From an uncultured Planctomycetia bacterium (GTDB taxonomy: Bacteria > Omnitrophota > Gorgyraeia > Gorgyraeales > Gorgyraeaceae), in assembly GCA_964637815.1 (NCBI GenBank), contig CAZWYD010000004.1, positions 1 to 35,096 of the forward strand: a DNA stretch of 35,096 bases, given 5' to 3'. This document shows, in pieces, positions 1-7,716 of this stretch. How positions within the stretch are numbered: position 1 is the stretch's first letter; each line of letters starts with the position of its first letter. The position numbers were made by a program, and so were the translations under genes. A model generated the notes under the pieces. It was not told the DNA's origin. It did not search any database and saw only the letters and a program-made list of their open reading frames with translations.

Positions 1-48
1 GACCTTATCATTAAGAGTGATCTGCTCTACCAGCTGAGCTATGGGGGC
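1..48 (-). tRNA. tRNA-Lys(CTT), 3' part cut off by the window edge
   Basis: Reverse complement GCCCCCA-TA-GCTC-AGCTGGTA-GAGC-A-GATCA-CTCTTAA-TGATA-AGGTC gives acceptor 5' strand, D arm and an anticodon loop with CTT. Confidence 0.9.
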
Positions 49-66
49 GATTAACCAAGTTTCAGT

Positions 67-95
67 AATATATCATAGAACAGATATGTAGTCAA
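67..95 (-). promoter_or_regulatory. sigma70-type promoter for tRNA-Lys
   Basis: TTGACT-N17-TATATT on the minus strand, about 20 nt upstream of the tRNA. Confidence 0.65.
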
Positions 96-262
96 CCAAA
101 TCTGCAAAGCAGATTTGATCCTGAAGCGCCGTCAAGCAATGTGACGAACAGGAACATTGTAGGCGCTGAAGGATCTACTCCAATCTGTTTCAGCAGGAAG
201 GTCCTTCGGATGTTCCTATTCGTCGCATCCTCAGGATCAAATTTTGCATTCGCAAAATTTGG
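96..262. repeat. Fold-back element with imperfect terminal inverted repeats, fused to the 3' end of tRNA-Arg(TCG)
   Basis: CCAAATCTGCAAAGCAGATTTGATCCTGA (from 96) is inverted relative to TCAGGATCAAATTTTGCATTCGCAAAATTTGG (231-262). Inner inverted repeat 139-157/210-228. Related copy at 4390-4469. Confidence 0.75.
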
Positions 263-336
263 CGCGCCTAGGAGGATTTGAACCTCCAACCTACTGGTTC
301 GAAGCCAGCCACTCTATCCGATTGAGCTATAGGCGC
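260..336 (-). tRNA. tRNA-Arg(TCG)
   Basis: Full cloverleaf GCGCCTA...GCTGG-CTTCGAA-CCAGT...GGAGG-TTCAAAT-CCTCC-TAGGCGC-GCCA. Confidence 0.95.
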
Positions 337-340
337 CCCT

Positions 341-379
341 TAACTTTACATTTAAAGCAAGACCTTAAATATAAAGTTA
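341..379. repeat. 39-bp AT-rich palindrome, copy 1
   Basis: TAACTTTACATTTAA-AGCAAGACC-TTAAATATAAAGTTA; 38/39 identical to 17933-17971. Confidence 0.85.
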
Positions 380-1048
380 TTTCTTCTTATCAGTGAAACT
401 ATAGTAGTTATTGTCTCCTATTATAATATGGTCCAGCACATTGATCTGGAGTGCCTCGCCTGCGGCCTGCAGAGTCTCAGTAAACAAATCATCCTCTTCG
501 CTCGGCTCAGGATCTCCAGATGGATGATTGTGTACCGCAATAATACTTGTGGCAAAATTCTGGAGCGCCTTTACCATCACCTCTCTGATCTGAGGCGCTG
601 CCCGATCAACCGAACCTTCCTCTATTTCAAGTATATCTATTATATTATTTTTGCCATCTAGAAGCAATATTTTAAATATCTCCTTTTTTAGGTCTCTTAA
701 CCTTGGCATTAAAAAATCAGCCACCTCTCTTGCTGATCTGACCCTATATCCAGGCTGTTTTTCCTCGCTCAGAAATCTCCTGGCTATCTCAAATGTTGCT
801 CTAAGTCTGGCGATCTTTGCCCTGCCCATGCCTTTGAACCCCTGTAACTGAACAATATCAGTATGGCTCATATTGCGAAATGTCTTAAAATGCGTTATGA
901 GTTCGCTTCCTAATTCTACTGCACTCTTACCTTCTGACCCTTGCCCAAATAATATTGCCAGAAGCTCTGAACTATTCAGCGTATGTTCTCCGTGTTTAAA
1001 AAGCCTCTCCCTTGGCCTTTCATCTTTAGGCCAGCTATCTATAGCCAT
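377..1048 (-). CDS. radC: RadC family (JAB domain) protein, full-length form
   Basis: N-terminal WPKDERPRERL and ELLAIL, helix-hairpin-helix, JAB motif HNHPSGDPEPSEED, LDHIII. Confidence 0.95.
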   Translation of the reverse strand: MAIDSWPKDERPRERLFKHGEHTLNSSELLAILFGQGSEGKSAVELGSELITHFKTFRNMSHTDIVQLQGFKGMGRAKIARLRATFEIARRFLSEEKQPGYRVRSAREVADFLMPRLRDLKKEIFKILLLDGKNNIIDILEIEEGSVDRAAPQIREVMVKALQNFATSIIAVHNHPSGDPEPSEEDDLFTETLQAAGEALQINVLDHIIIGDNNYYSFTDKKK

Positions 1049-1071
1049 AATAAAACCCCCTTTCCTTACTA

Positions 1072-1103
1072 ATAAGACACGAAAAGGGGGTCAAATTCTT
1101 TCA
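1072..1103 (-). promoter_or_regulatory. Bipartite motif TGAAAG-N17-GTGTCTTAT upstream of radC (candidate alternative-sigma promoter)
   Basis: The same two boxes and spacing recur at 13556-13587, 15324-15354 (N16) and 16159-16190; the spacer here is unrelated to the others. Confidence 0.65.
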
Positions 1104-2105
1104 ACTATTTCTCATTGCCAGCTGGCCACACGCAGCAAGGATGTCTTTGCCTTTTGATTCACGCACAGTTACATTCACGCTGTTTTTGATTAATCTCTTC
1201 TGGAATAGCTCAATATCTTTCCCAGTGGGCGCCTTGAATCTCTTCTCAGGCACAGGACTATAAGGAATCAGATTGACCTTGGCCTTTAACTTTTTAGCTA
1301 TGAGAGAAAGTTCATTTGCATCCTTTAGTGAATCATTCTTATCCTTGATCACTATATATTCAAGCGTGATCATTCTTCCTGAAAAATCATTGCATGCTGC
1401 TATTAACTCTTCTAAAGGATATCTCTTATTAATAGGCATCAGGCTATTTCGAAGTTTATTATTCGCGGCATGAAGAGAAATCGAAAGATTTACTTGAAGA
1501 TCTATTTCTTTAAATCTCCTAATCCCGGGTATTATCCCGCACGTTGAAACAGTTAATCTCCTGGCGCCGATACCCAGACCTAACGGAGAATTCATTATCT
1601 CGATCACTCTTTTCAGATTCTCAAAATTATCCAGCGGCTCGCCCATACCCATAAACACAAAATTTGTTATCTCTTCTCCTGCGAGCAGGATCTGGTCAAG
1701 GATCTCTGACACAGAAAGATCTCTCTTGAATCCTTTGAGGCCGCTTGCGCAAAACGCGCATCCAAATTTACACCCGACCTGCGTAGAAAGACAGATCGTC
1801 TTTCTTGAGCTGCTCGGGATAAACACACTCTCTATAAGACCGCCGTCATCTAATTCAAACAAAAACTTTTCAGTACCATCCTTGGATTTAAGTCGTTCCT
1901 TTAGCTTGACACCTCCCAGGCAAAAAACTCTACCAAGCTTATCTCTTAGAGATCTCGGCAGGTTACCCATCTCATCAAAACTGCGCGCGCGCCTCTTGTA
2001 TATCCATTCAAAAAGCTGATTCACCCTGTAAGATGCCTCTGAGAGCCTGCCCAGTTCTTCCTTTAATTCTTCAATTGTAAAATTCTTGATATCTTTCTTC
2101 TGCAT
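1101..2105 (-). CDS. rlmN: 23S rRNA/tRNA m2A methyltransferase RlmN (radical SAM)
   Basis: CLSTQVGCKFGCAFCASG, MGMGEPL, SLHA and AACGQL motifs. Start set at MQKKDIK (2105). Confidence 0.95.
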   Translation of the reverse strand: MQKKDIKNFTIEELKEELGRLSEASYRVNQLFEWIYKRRARSFDEMGNLPRSLRDKLGRVFCLGGVKLKERLKSKDGTEKFLFELDDGGLIESVFIPSSSRKTICLSTQVGCKFGCAFCASGLKGFKRDLSVSEILDQILLAGEEITNFVFMGMGEPLDNFENLKRVIEIMNSPLGLGIGARRLTVSTCGIIPGIRRFKEIDLQVNLSISLHAANNKLRNSLMPINKRYPLEELIAACNDFSGRMITLEYIVIKDKNDSLKDANELSLIAKKLKAKVNLIPYSPVPEKRFKAPTGKDIELFQKRLIKNSVNVTVRESKGKDILAACGQLAMRNS

Positions 2106-2118
2106 TCGGTGGTGGGGA

Positions 2119-2658
2119 TTAACGAGGTTTCTCTTCTTTTCCAAACCGTTCCAATAATCTTCTTATGTCGCTATTGGCTGATTTGGCGATCTGCGTGCAA
2201 ATAAATATCAACACTGAAAACTGCCAGCAGTCCTCAGGTCCGACAACTAGCCCGGAATGTACATCTTCCTTGCGCTGCAATATATCAGAGTGATACGAAA
2301 TTGCCTTTTCTATATGACCGTCATAGATATTAAGAGAAGCTGTTTTATTATTGTACTTCATGGAAGGGAAATTTACACCCCTAACAAGAAGAAAATTCAT
2401 GACCATCTCGTGACCGATCTCGAGTTCCTTCTCAAAATCAAAACCCTCGAACTGCGGCAGATTAGAAGGCAATATGATCGCAGGTTTTTCTACCATAACC
2501 TCGCCTTGCCTTACAATAGTATCACCCTTATTCACTAATGCCTCTGCCAAAAATGTATACGAGATATTCGTGTCAGAAAAAGTCTGTAGTTCCTGCGCGC
2601 GAGGACGTATTATCTTTGTCTTTTTTAACGCCTTTTCCCAGGCATCCTGAATATTCAT
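2119..2658 (-). CDS. Hypothetical protein
   Basis: 179-aa ORF starting MNIQDAWEKAL, with ATGA overlap to the upstream methyltransferase stop. Family not recognised. Confidence 0.8.
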   Translation of the reverse strand: MNIQDAWEKALKKTKIIRPRAQELQTFSDTNISYTFLAEALVNKGDTIVRQGEVMVEKPAIILPSNLPQFEGFDFEKELEIGHEMVMNFLLVRGVNFPSMKYNNKTASLNIYDGHIEKAISYHSDILQRKEDVHSGLVVGPEDCWQFSVLIFICTQIAKSANSDIRRLLERFGKEEKPR

Positions 2659-3377
2659 GATTTTCTCTGCTTGGCTATCTCGTGGCAAAAGATGGCGCAG
2701 GAGATTGCCACATTAAAGGAAAGACTGGCGCCTTCCATGGGTATACGCGCCTTTACATCCAGCTGCTTGTCAATGCCATGACGGATCCCTCCTCCTTCTG
2801 ATCCTAATATGAGTCCTAAAGGAAAAGGAATGGAAATACTGTTAATGTCTTGCGCGTCGTCGCCAACAATGCCTCCCATGATCCAGTACTCCTTTTTCTT
2901 TGCCTTAAGCATAGCGCTTGAGATATTTGAGACCATGCTAACTGCTATGAAATTCTCACCGCCTGAGGCAACATGTAAAACCGCCTCTGTGACCTCGCAC
3001 GCATTAAACTTAGGTATGACAATCGCAAATCCTCCGAAACACGCTGCTGTACGTATAATAACACCTAGATTCTGAGGATCATTAAGCCTATCTAGAAAAA
3101 TAAGCGTGGTCTTTTGATTCAATAAATCATCAAAGTCAGCATAATTAAACTTCTCCACCTTGGCAACCACACCCTGCAGGTCCTTAGTGTGTTTCATCTT
3201 AGACAGCTGCCTCGGACTTACGCGCGCCATCTCTATATGATTCTTGCGTATAAGTTTCTCAATATGCCCAAGTTCAATACCATCCTGCAGAAACACAGTC
3301 CTTATGCTCCTAGGATTAGCCTTCAACCTCTCATACACCGAATTCCTGCCATATAAAAGCATAGTGTCTCTGCTCAA
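2655..3377 (-). CDS. rlmB: TrmH/SpoU family RNA 2'-O-methyltransferase (RlmB-like)
   Basis: YGRNSV, QGVVA, LDRLNDPQNLGVIIRTA, LGSEGGG and IPMEG-SFNVA SPOUT motifs. GGAGG RBS before a TTG start. Confidence 0.85.
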   Translation of the reverse strand: MSRDTMLLYGRNSVYERLKANPRSIRTVFLQDGIELGHIEKLIRKNHIEMARVSPRQLSKMKHTKDLQGVVAKVEKFNYADFDDLLNQKTTLIFLDRLNDPQNLGVIIRTAACFGGFAIVIPKFNACEVTEAVLHVASGGENFIAVSMVSNISSAMLKAKKKEYWIMGGIVGDDAQDINSISIPFPLGLILGSEGGGIRHGIDKQLDVKARIPMEGASLSFNVAISCAIFCHEIAKQRKS

Positions 3378-3427
3378 TACATCCTCCGTACTATAAAAAA
3401 GAGGGCTATCTGCCCCCTTGAAGAGTT

Positions 3428-3502
3428 TGGGGTGGCTAACGGGATTTGAACCCGCTCTAAAAGAACCACAATCTTTCGTGCTGCCATTACACTATAGCCA
3501 CC
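3428..3502 (-). tRNA. tRNA-His(GTG)
   Basis: Cloverleaf with G-1, anticodon arm AAAGA-TTGTGGT-TCTTT, encoded CCA. Confidence 0.95.
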
Positions 3503-3510
3503 ACGTTATA

Positions 3511-4380
3511 TTAATTAAGGATATACTTTAAAAAATTGCCCTGAAGATTCTTTATCTTAATTAGATTATTTTTAAAATTAACCAGCAAAATAAAACTCCC
3601 TGTAGCTGGCATATTCTCTCCTTCGATTAAACACTTAGCTACTAAAGTCTTTTTTGAAATCTCAATATCGCTCTTAAGATCGACACTCAAATTCTTTATC
3701 AAGCGACTCGCCAGTTTTATATCATTCACCTGGAGCCTTGCGTTTATTGTATCATCTGACCCGGCAATGCCAGTCAGGCTCAGAGGCGCCAAGGAGTCTG
3801 AATCCTTATTTTTAAAAAATCCACTTGCGTCAAATTCGAATATGCGCTTCCCTGGACAGCAAAGACTTGGACTATTAACGCGACCTTTGATCTTTACCAG
3901 TTGAAAATCTTGTCCTTCTTTGTGCTCGTATATTAGGGTGCCGTTCTTTATGTATACCTTGGAAAAATGAATGTTTGAATTTGACCCTTTTCCCTTTAAA
4001 GAACCTAAGTCTTCTTCTTTTTTCAAAAAATCAAGGACTTGAAAACCTCTTTTCCCATTCTTCTTTATCTTAACAACAGGATCTATTACCTTGACCTTTG
4101 AAATCATAAAGTCTTTTTTCATCAAAAAAGACTTGGGATTCGGGTAAAGTCGAATATTCCTTATGTTAACTGAATCGTTTATTTTCACATCCCGCAACTC
4201 AAGACAAAGCGGCAATCCAAGTCCTACTGAAGCAACAGAAATATTCTCCTCAAAATTCTCTTCCAGGAATTCAGTAACAAACCACTCTAAGCGTTCAGTT
4301 GCATAGCGATAAGCAATCACCAGTGAAGCAATGGCTAGAAGAACAATAGCTACAACTATGATTTTTCTAAAATAATTCAT
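3511..4380 (-). CDS. Membrane-anchored AsmA/DUF748-like N-terminal domain protein
   Basis: N-terminal transmembrane helix followed by a beta-rich pattern (LELRDVKI, ISKVKVIDPVVKI, IKNGTLIY). Confidence 0.6.
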   Translation of the reverse strand: MNYFRKIIVVAIVLLAIASLVIAYRYATERLEWFVTEFLEENFEENISVASVGLGLPLCLELRDVKINDSVNIRNIRLYPNPKSFLMKKDFMISKVKVIDPVVKIKKNGKRGFQVLDFLKKEEDLGSLKGKGSNSNIHFSKVYIKNGTLIYEHKEGQDFQLVKIKGRVNSPSLCCPGKRIFEFDASGFFKNKDSDSLAPLSLTGIAGSDDTINARLQVNDIKLASRLIKNLSVDLKSDIEISKKTLVAKCLIEGENMPATGSFILLVNFKNNLIKIKNLQGNFLKYILN

Positions 4381-4389
4381 GACGAAGTA

Positions 4390-4469
4390 GGTCCTTCGGC
4401 AGCTAAAATGCTCGCTTTGCTCGCATTTCTTGACGCTGCCTCAGGATCAAATTTGCTTCGCAAATTTGG
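4390..4469. repeat. tRNA 3'-associated repeat, copy 2
   Basis: CATTTCTTGACGCTGCCTCAGGATCAAATTTGCTTCGCAAATTTGG matches both ends of the 96-262 element; also shares GGTCCTTCGG. Confidence 0.75.
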
Positions 4470-4741
4470 CGTCCCTGGGCTGATTCGAACAGCCGACCCT
4501 TTGCTTAGCATCCCAGCATCAGATTACTCTGACGACCTTTCGGCTTGCTGGCTGGACTTTATCTTGGGCATCTCAGCCCCGTCGTGTAAAGTCTCTACAC
4601 TCTCCGCCGCGGCGGATAGCTCGGTATAGCCCCAAATATTCAGGGTGTCCACCGAATTAGCGACGTCCACTTCATAAGTTCAATTCCTTATGAAGGCTCC
4701 TAATTGAAGGCAAATGCTCTATCCATCTGAGCTACAGGGAC
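4467..4741 (-). tRNA. tRNA-Arg(TCT), intron-containing (exons 4707-4741 and 4467-4508)
   Basis: Joined exons give GTCCCTG-TA-GCTC-AGATGGATA-GAGC-A-TTTGC-CTT^CTAA-GCAAA-GGGTC-GGCTG-TTCGAAT-CAGCC-CAGGGAC-GCCA. Confidence 0.92.
4509..4706 (-). ncRNA. Group I self-splicing intron (IC3-like), 198 nt, no ORF
   Basis: Follows an exon U and ends in G. P1 CUU^C/GGAG with U.G pair, P2 4670-4678/4687-4695, P3 CGTCG/CGACG, P4 TTCGGT/ACCGAG, R GTGTAGAGACTTTA, S AAGATAAAGTCCA, P8 GGGC/GCCC, P9 CCAGCA/TGCTGG. Confidence 0.92.
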
Positions 4742-4815
4742 AATTTCTTTCTAAATACAATAATGGTTTACCACCCGTAGCACGCTACGAAGTATCGCTC
4801 TATTTGAGCGAAGGG

Positions 4816-4893
4816 TGGTCGGGGCAGCTGGACTCGAACCAGCGACCCCCTGCTCCCAAAGCAGGTGCTCTAGCCAAACTGAGCCATGCCCCG
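4816..4893 (-). tRNA. tRNA-Pro(TGG)
   Basis: CGGGGCA...CCTGC-TTTGGGA-GCAGG...GCTGG-TTCGAGT-CCAGC-TGCCCCG-ACCA. Confidence 0.95.
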
Positions 4894-4933
4894 TTCCATT
4901 TTTTCAATAAAATTGAAAAAATGGAACGGGGCA
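4887..4933. repeat. Perfect 22-bp hairpin overlapping the 5' acceptor strand of tRNA-Pro
   Basis: TGCCCCGTTCCATTTTTTCAAT-AAA-ATTGAAAAAATGGAACGGGGCA. Confidence 0.85.
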
Positions 4934-4974
4934 CGCCCCTTATTACACGGGCATGCCTATATAAATGTCCTACA

Positions 4975-5003
4975 ATTCTATCAGCACTGTCTCAAAAAGT
5001 CAA
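4975..5003 (-). promoter_or_regulatory. sigma70-type promoter for the tRNA-Pro/tRNA-Arg cluster
   Basis: TTGACT-N17-TAGAAT with TG at the extended -10 position. Confidence 0.7.
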
Positions 5004-5011
5004 CCCTGAGC

Positions 5012-5602
5012 TTAAACGTATCTTTCTATGACCTTCTTTGCCTTTACCAGGGCTTTGCTTCTATGACTTATCTTGTTTTTCTTGCTTATGCCTATTTCCG
5101 CGAATGTCTTTTTGTGACCTTGCGGTATAAAAATAGGGTCATAGCCAAATCCAGCCTTGCCTCTTGGCTCAAATCCTATTTTGCCCCTACATCTACCTTC
5201 TACTGTACCAACCACCTTTCCTTTATCAGCAAGAGCTATCACGCACCTAAAACACGCCTTTCTCTTAGCTAAAGGTACGTCCCTAAGCAACCTCAAGACC
5301 TTTTGATTATTGCTGCTATACGTAGCGCCTTTTCCTGAGAAACGCGCAGAATATACACCTGGCCTGTTTCCAAGCGCCAGAACCTCTAATCCAGAATCAT
5401 CTGCTACTGCTAATTTTTTCAAATAACGTGAAACCTGTACTGCCTTTTTCTTTGCATTGGCTTCAAGGGTCTTGCCATCCTCTATCACCTCTGGAACACC
5501 CTTAAAGTTATTCAGGGATACGGCCTTTATGCGCAGACCTTTCAGAAGCGCCTTTATTTCCTTGAGCTTATCCTGATTCCTCGTAGCTACAACAATCTTC
5601 AT
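5012..5602 (-). CDS. rdgB: dITP/XTP pyrophosphatase
   Basis: ATRNQDKLKE, ADDSGL, PGVYSARF, GFGYDPIF and KNKISHR motifs; follows rph. Confidence 0.95.
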   Translation of the reverse strand: MKIVVATRNQDKLKEIKALLKGLRIKAVSLNNFKGVPEVIEDGKTLEANAKKKAVQVSRYLKKLAVADDSGLEVLALGNRPGVYSARFSGKGATYSSNNQKVLRLLRDVPLAKRKACFRCVIALADKGKVVGTVEGRCRGKIGFEPRGKAGFGYDPIFIPQGHKKTFAEIGISKKNKISHRSKALVKAKKVIERYV

Positions 5603-6294
5603 TATAGATTTATCTTTAAAATCTTTTTCTGAATGCCAATAAGTTCCTTAATACCTTTTTCTGCAAGCAAAATCATCTTGTCCAGCTCTTTTTTGGAAAA
5701 CGGGTTCTTTTCTGCTGTGCCCTGTACTTCAACGAGCTTGCCAGCACCAGTCATAACCACATTCATATCCACTTCTGCCTTTGAATCCTTTTCATAATCC
5801 AAGTCCAGACATAATTTACCGTCAACAACTCCCACGCTCACAGCAGCGATATAGTCATTCACAGGGATTTCATCTATAATATTTTCTTTTTTCAAAAAAA
5901 TCAGCGCCTCTATAAGCGCGATAAAGCTTCCTGTAATACTCGCAGTGCGCGTGCCGCCATCGCCCTGTATTACGTCACAATCAATCCATACAGTCCTCTC
6001 GCCCAGTTTTTTAAAATCTACTACAGAACGAAGGCTTCTTCCTATAAGCCTCTGTATCTCCTGCGTGCGGCCACTGAGCTTACCAGCTGATGCCTCTCTT
6101 CGTATCCTACTATTACACGAGCGCGGAAGCATGCCATACTCTGCTGTTACCCAGCCAGTACCCTTGCCTCTTAAAAAAGGCGGTACCTTATCTTCCACAG
6201 AAGCAGTACAGATAACCTTTGTATTGCCAACCTCTATAGTACATGAACCTTCTGCAAATCTCATGGTGTTCTTCTTTATCTTTATCTTCCTCAT
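5602..6294 (-). CDS. rph: Ribonuclease PH
   Basis: [45 protein letters not shown]. Start set at MRKIKI after GGAGG. Confidence 0.95.
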   Translation of the reverse strand: MRKIKIKKNTMRFAEGSCTIEVGNTKVICTASVEDKVPPFLRGKGTGWVTAEYGMLPRSCNSRIRREASAGKLSGRTQEIQRLIGRSLRSVVDFKKLGERTVWIDCDVIQGDGGTRTASITGSFIALIEALIFLKKENIIDEIPVNDYIAAVSVGVVDGKLCLDLDYEKDSKAEVDMNVVMTGAGKLVEVQGTAEKNPFSKKELDKMILLAEKGIKELIGIQKKILKINL

Positions 6295-6321
6295 ACATCC
6301 TCCATTATCAAAAGTTATCCA

Positions 6322-6357
6322 CAATCGTAGGGGACGTTTAAACGTCCCCTACGATTG
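6322..6357. repeat. 36-bp perfect GTAG-type REP-like palindrome supplying the fumarase beta stop codon
   Basis: CAATCGTAGGGGACGTTTAAACGTCCCCTACGATTG. Confidence 0.85.
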
Positions 6358-6823
6358 CTGGGAAATCTTTTACTATTAGTCTGCGGATCGCCTCTGTTCC
6401 AAGATCCTTATATGCTATGACTTTACTAGAACATACTTTCTCAGATAAATACGCACCAGCACCGCCAATTGTAATAAAATATACTGCGCCAGATTTTTTT
6501 ATTACCTTGACTATCTCTTTTGATCTCTCGCCTTTTCCAATCATGGCAAGAAGACCGCGCCTCAGTAAAACAGGCGTAAACGGATCCATTCTCGCGCTTG
6601 TAGTCGGGCCGCAAGAACCAATGACCTGGCCTTTTCTTGCAGGCGTAGGCCCTGTATAGTAGATGGTCTCGCCTTTAATTGAAACAGGCAACCTCTTTGC
6701 CTCTGCCAATCTCTTATGCGCTGCGTCACGAGCAGTAAACATAGGTCCGCTTAACAAAACCCACTGCCCTGGCCTGAGTTTCTTTATAATATCTTTTGTT
6801 AAAGGCAGATTTATTCTTTTCAT
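6338..6823 (-). CDS. Fe-S hydro-lyase (class I fumarate hydratase/tartrate dehydratase) beta subunit
   Basis: [23 protein letters not shown] and LGTEAI motifs. Confidence 0.9.
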   Translation of the reverse strand: MKRINLPLTKDIIKKLRPGQWVLLSGPMFTARDAAHKRLAEAKRLPVSIKGETIYYTGPTPARKGQVIGSCGPTTSARMDPFTPVLLRRGLLAMIGKGERSKEIVKVIKKSGAVYFITIGGAGAYLSEKVCSSKVIAYKDLGTEAIRRLIVKDFPAIVGDV

Positions 6824-6831
6824 AATTTATA

Positions 6832-6883
6832 CCTGTCTGACCGCGTAGGTCGGATTTAAATCCGACCTACGCGGTCAGACAGG
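6832..6883. repeat. 52-bp perfect GTAG-type REP-like palindrome
   Basis: CCTGTCTGACCGCGTAGGTCGGATTTAAATCCGACCTACGCGGTCAGACAGG. Confidence 0.9.
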
Positions 6884-6888
6884 CCATC

Positions 6889-7716
6889 TTAAATTAGTTT
6901 CCTCGCATCCCTTGTAGCGTGACAGCTGATGTTTACTGCAACAGGTAGTCCTGCAATGTGTGTCGGGTATGCCAAGATGCTTACGCCCAGGGCTGTGGTT
7001 TTTCCAAAGATTCCCAGTTTATTGACTTTCTTTAGTATATCCTTTTCTAACTGTGCAATATGTGCTTTCTTATTATGCTTACCTATTGGTCGCAGTATTG
7101 CCTCTTTGGAAAGACTGACCGCCTTATCAAGTGTACCACCCATGCCAATACCTATATACATAGGAGGACATGCCTTTGAGCCCAGCTCTTTAATAATGCC
7201 AGCTACAAAATTCGCAATAGAAGAACCTGAATCAGTGGGCCTGAACATCCTGGTCCTTGAGGCATTCTCGCAACCAAACCCTTTTACTACAAGAGTTATG
7301 CCCAGCTTATTTCCCGGCACGATCTTTATGTGAATCACTGGCGGCAAGTTTGTATTTGTATTGGTACGCATCAATGGATCTCTTACAATAGATTTTCTGA
7401 AATAACCATCTTTATATGCATGACTCACGCCATCTGCCACAGCTTTATTGATATCGCCTTTTATCCTTGCATCCTGGCCTACTTCTAAGTACACCACCAC
7501 CATGCCTGTGTCCTGACATATTGGAAGATGTTTGCGTTTGGCAATCGCAGCATTATAAATAATGATATCCAGCATGCGCTTCGCCTTATCGCTAGTCTCT
7601 TTCCTCCTTGCGCGTCGCAATGCAAAAAGCACATCCTTGCGAAGCTGGAGGTTTGCCTTTATGCAAAGCTCCTTGACTACCTTAGCTATGAGATTACTAT
7701 TTACAGTGCGCATCAC
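6889..7716 (-). CDS. Fe-S hydro-lyase (class I fumarate hydratase) alpha subunit
   Basis: PICQDTG, KGFGCEN, ACPP and THIAGLPVAVNISCHATR motifs. Confidence 0.9.
   Translation of the reverse strand: MMRTVNSNLIAKVVKELCIKANLQLRKDVLFALRRARRKETSDKAKRMLDIIIYNAAIAKRKHLPICQDTGMVVVYLEVGQDARIKGDINKAVADGVSHAYKDGYFRKSIVRDPLMRTNTNTNLPPVIHIKIVPGNKLGITLVVKGFGCENASRTRMFRPTDSGSSIANFVAGIIKELGSKACPPMYIGIGMGGTLDKAVSLSKEAILRPIGKHNKKAHIAQLEKDILKKVNKLGIFGKTTALGVSILAYPTHIAGLPVAVNISCHATRDARKLI

Noticed and set aside
92-289. Small ORFs 92-289 (-) and 4408-4629 (+) sharing the peptide ASGSNLL
   Set aside because: Both overlap tRNA genes, and the similarity comes from the shared DNA repeat.
4509-4706. Homing endonuclease in the intron, or a split/pseudo tRNA caused by island integration
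   Set aside because: 198 nt is fully accounted for by the ribozyme core, and the exons are complementary halves rather than a duplicated att site.
6315-6323. Perfect DnaA box TTATCCACA upstream of rph
   Set aside because: It is a single box with no cluster or unwinding element, so it is not oriC, and a regulatory role is unsupported.
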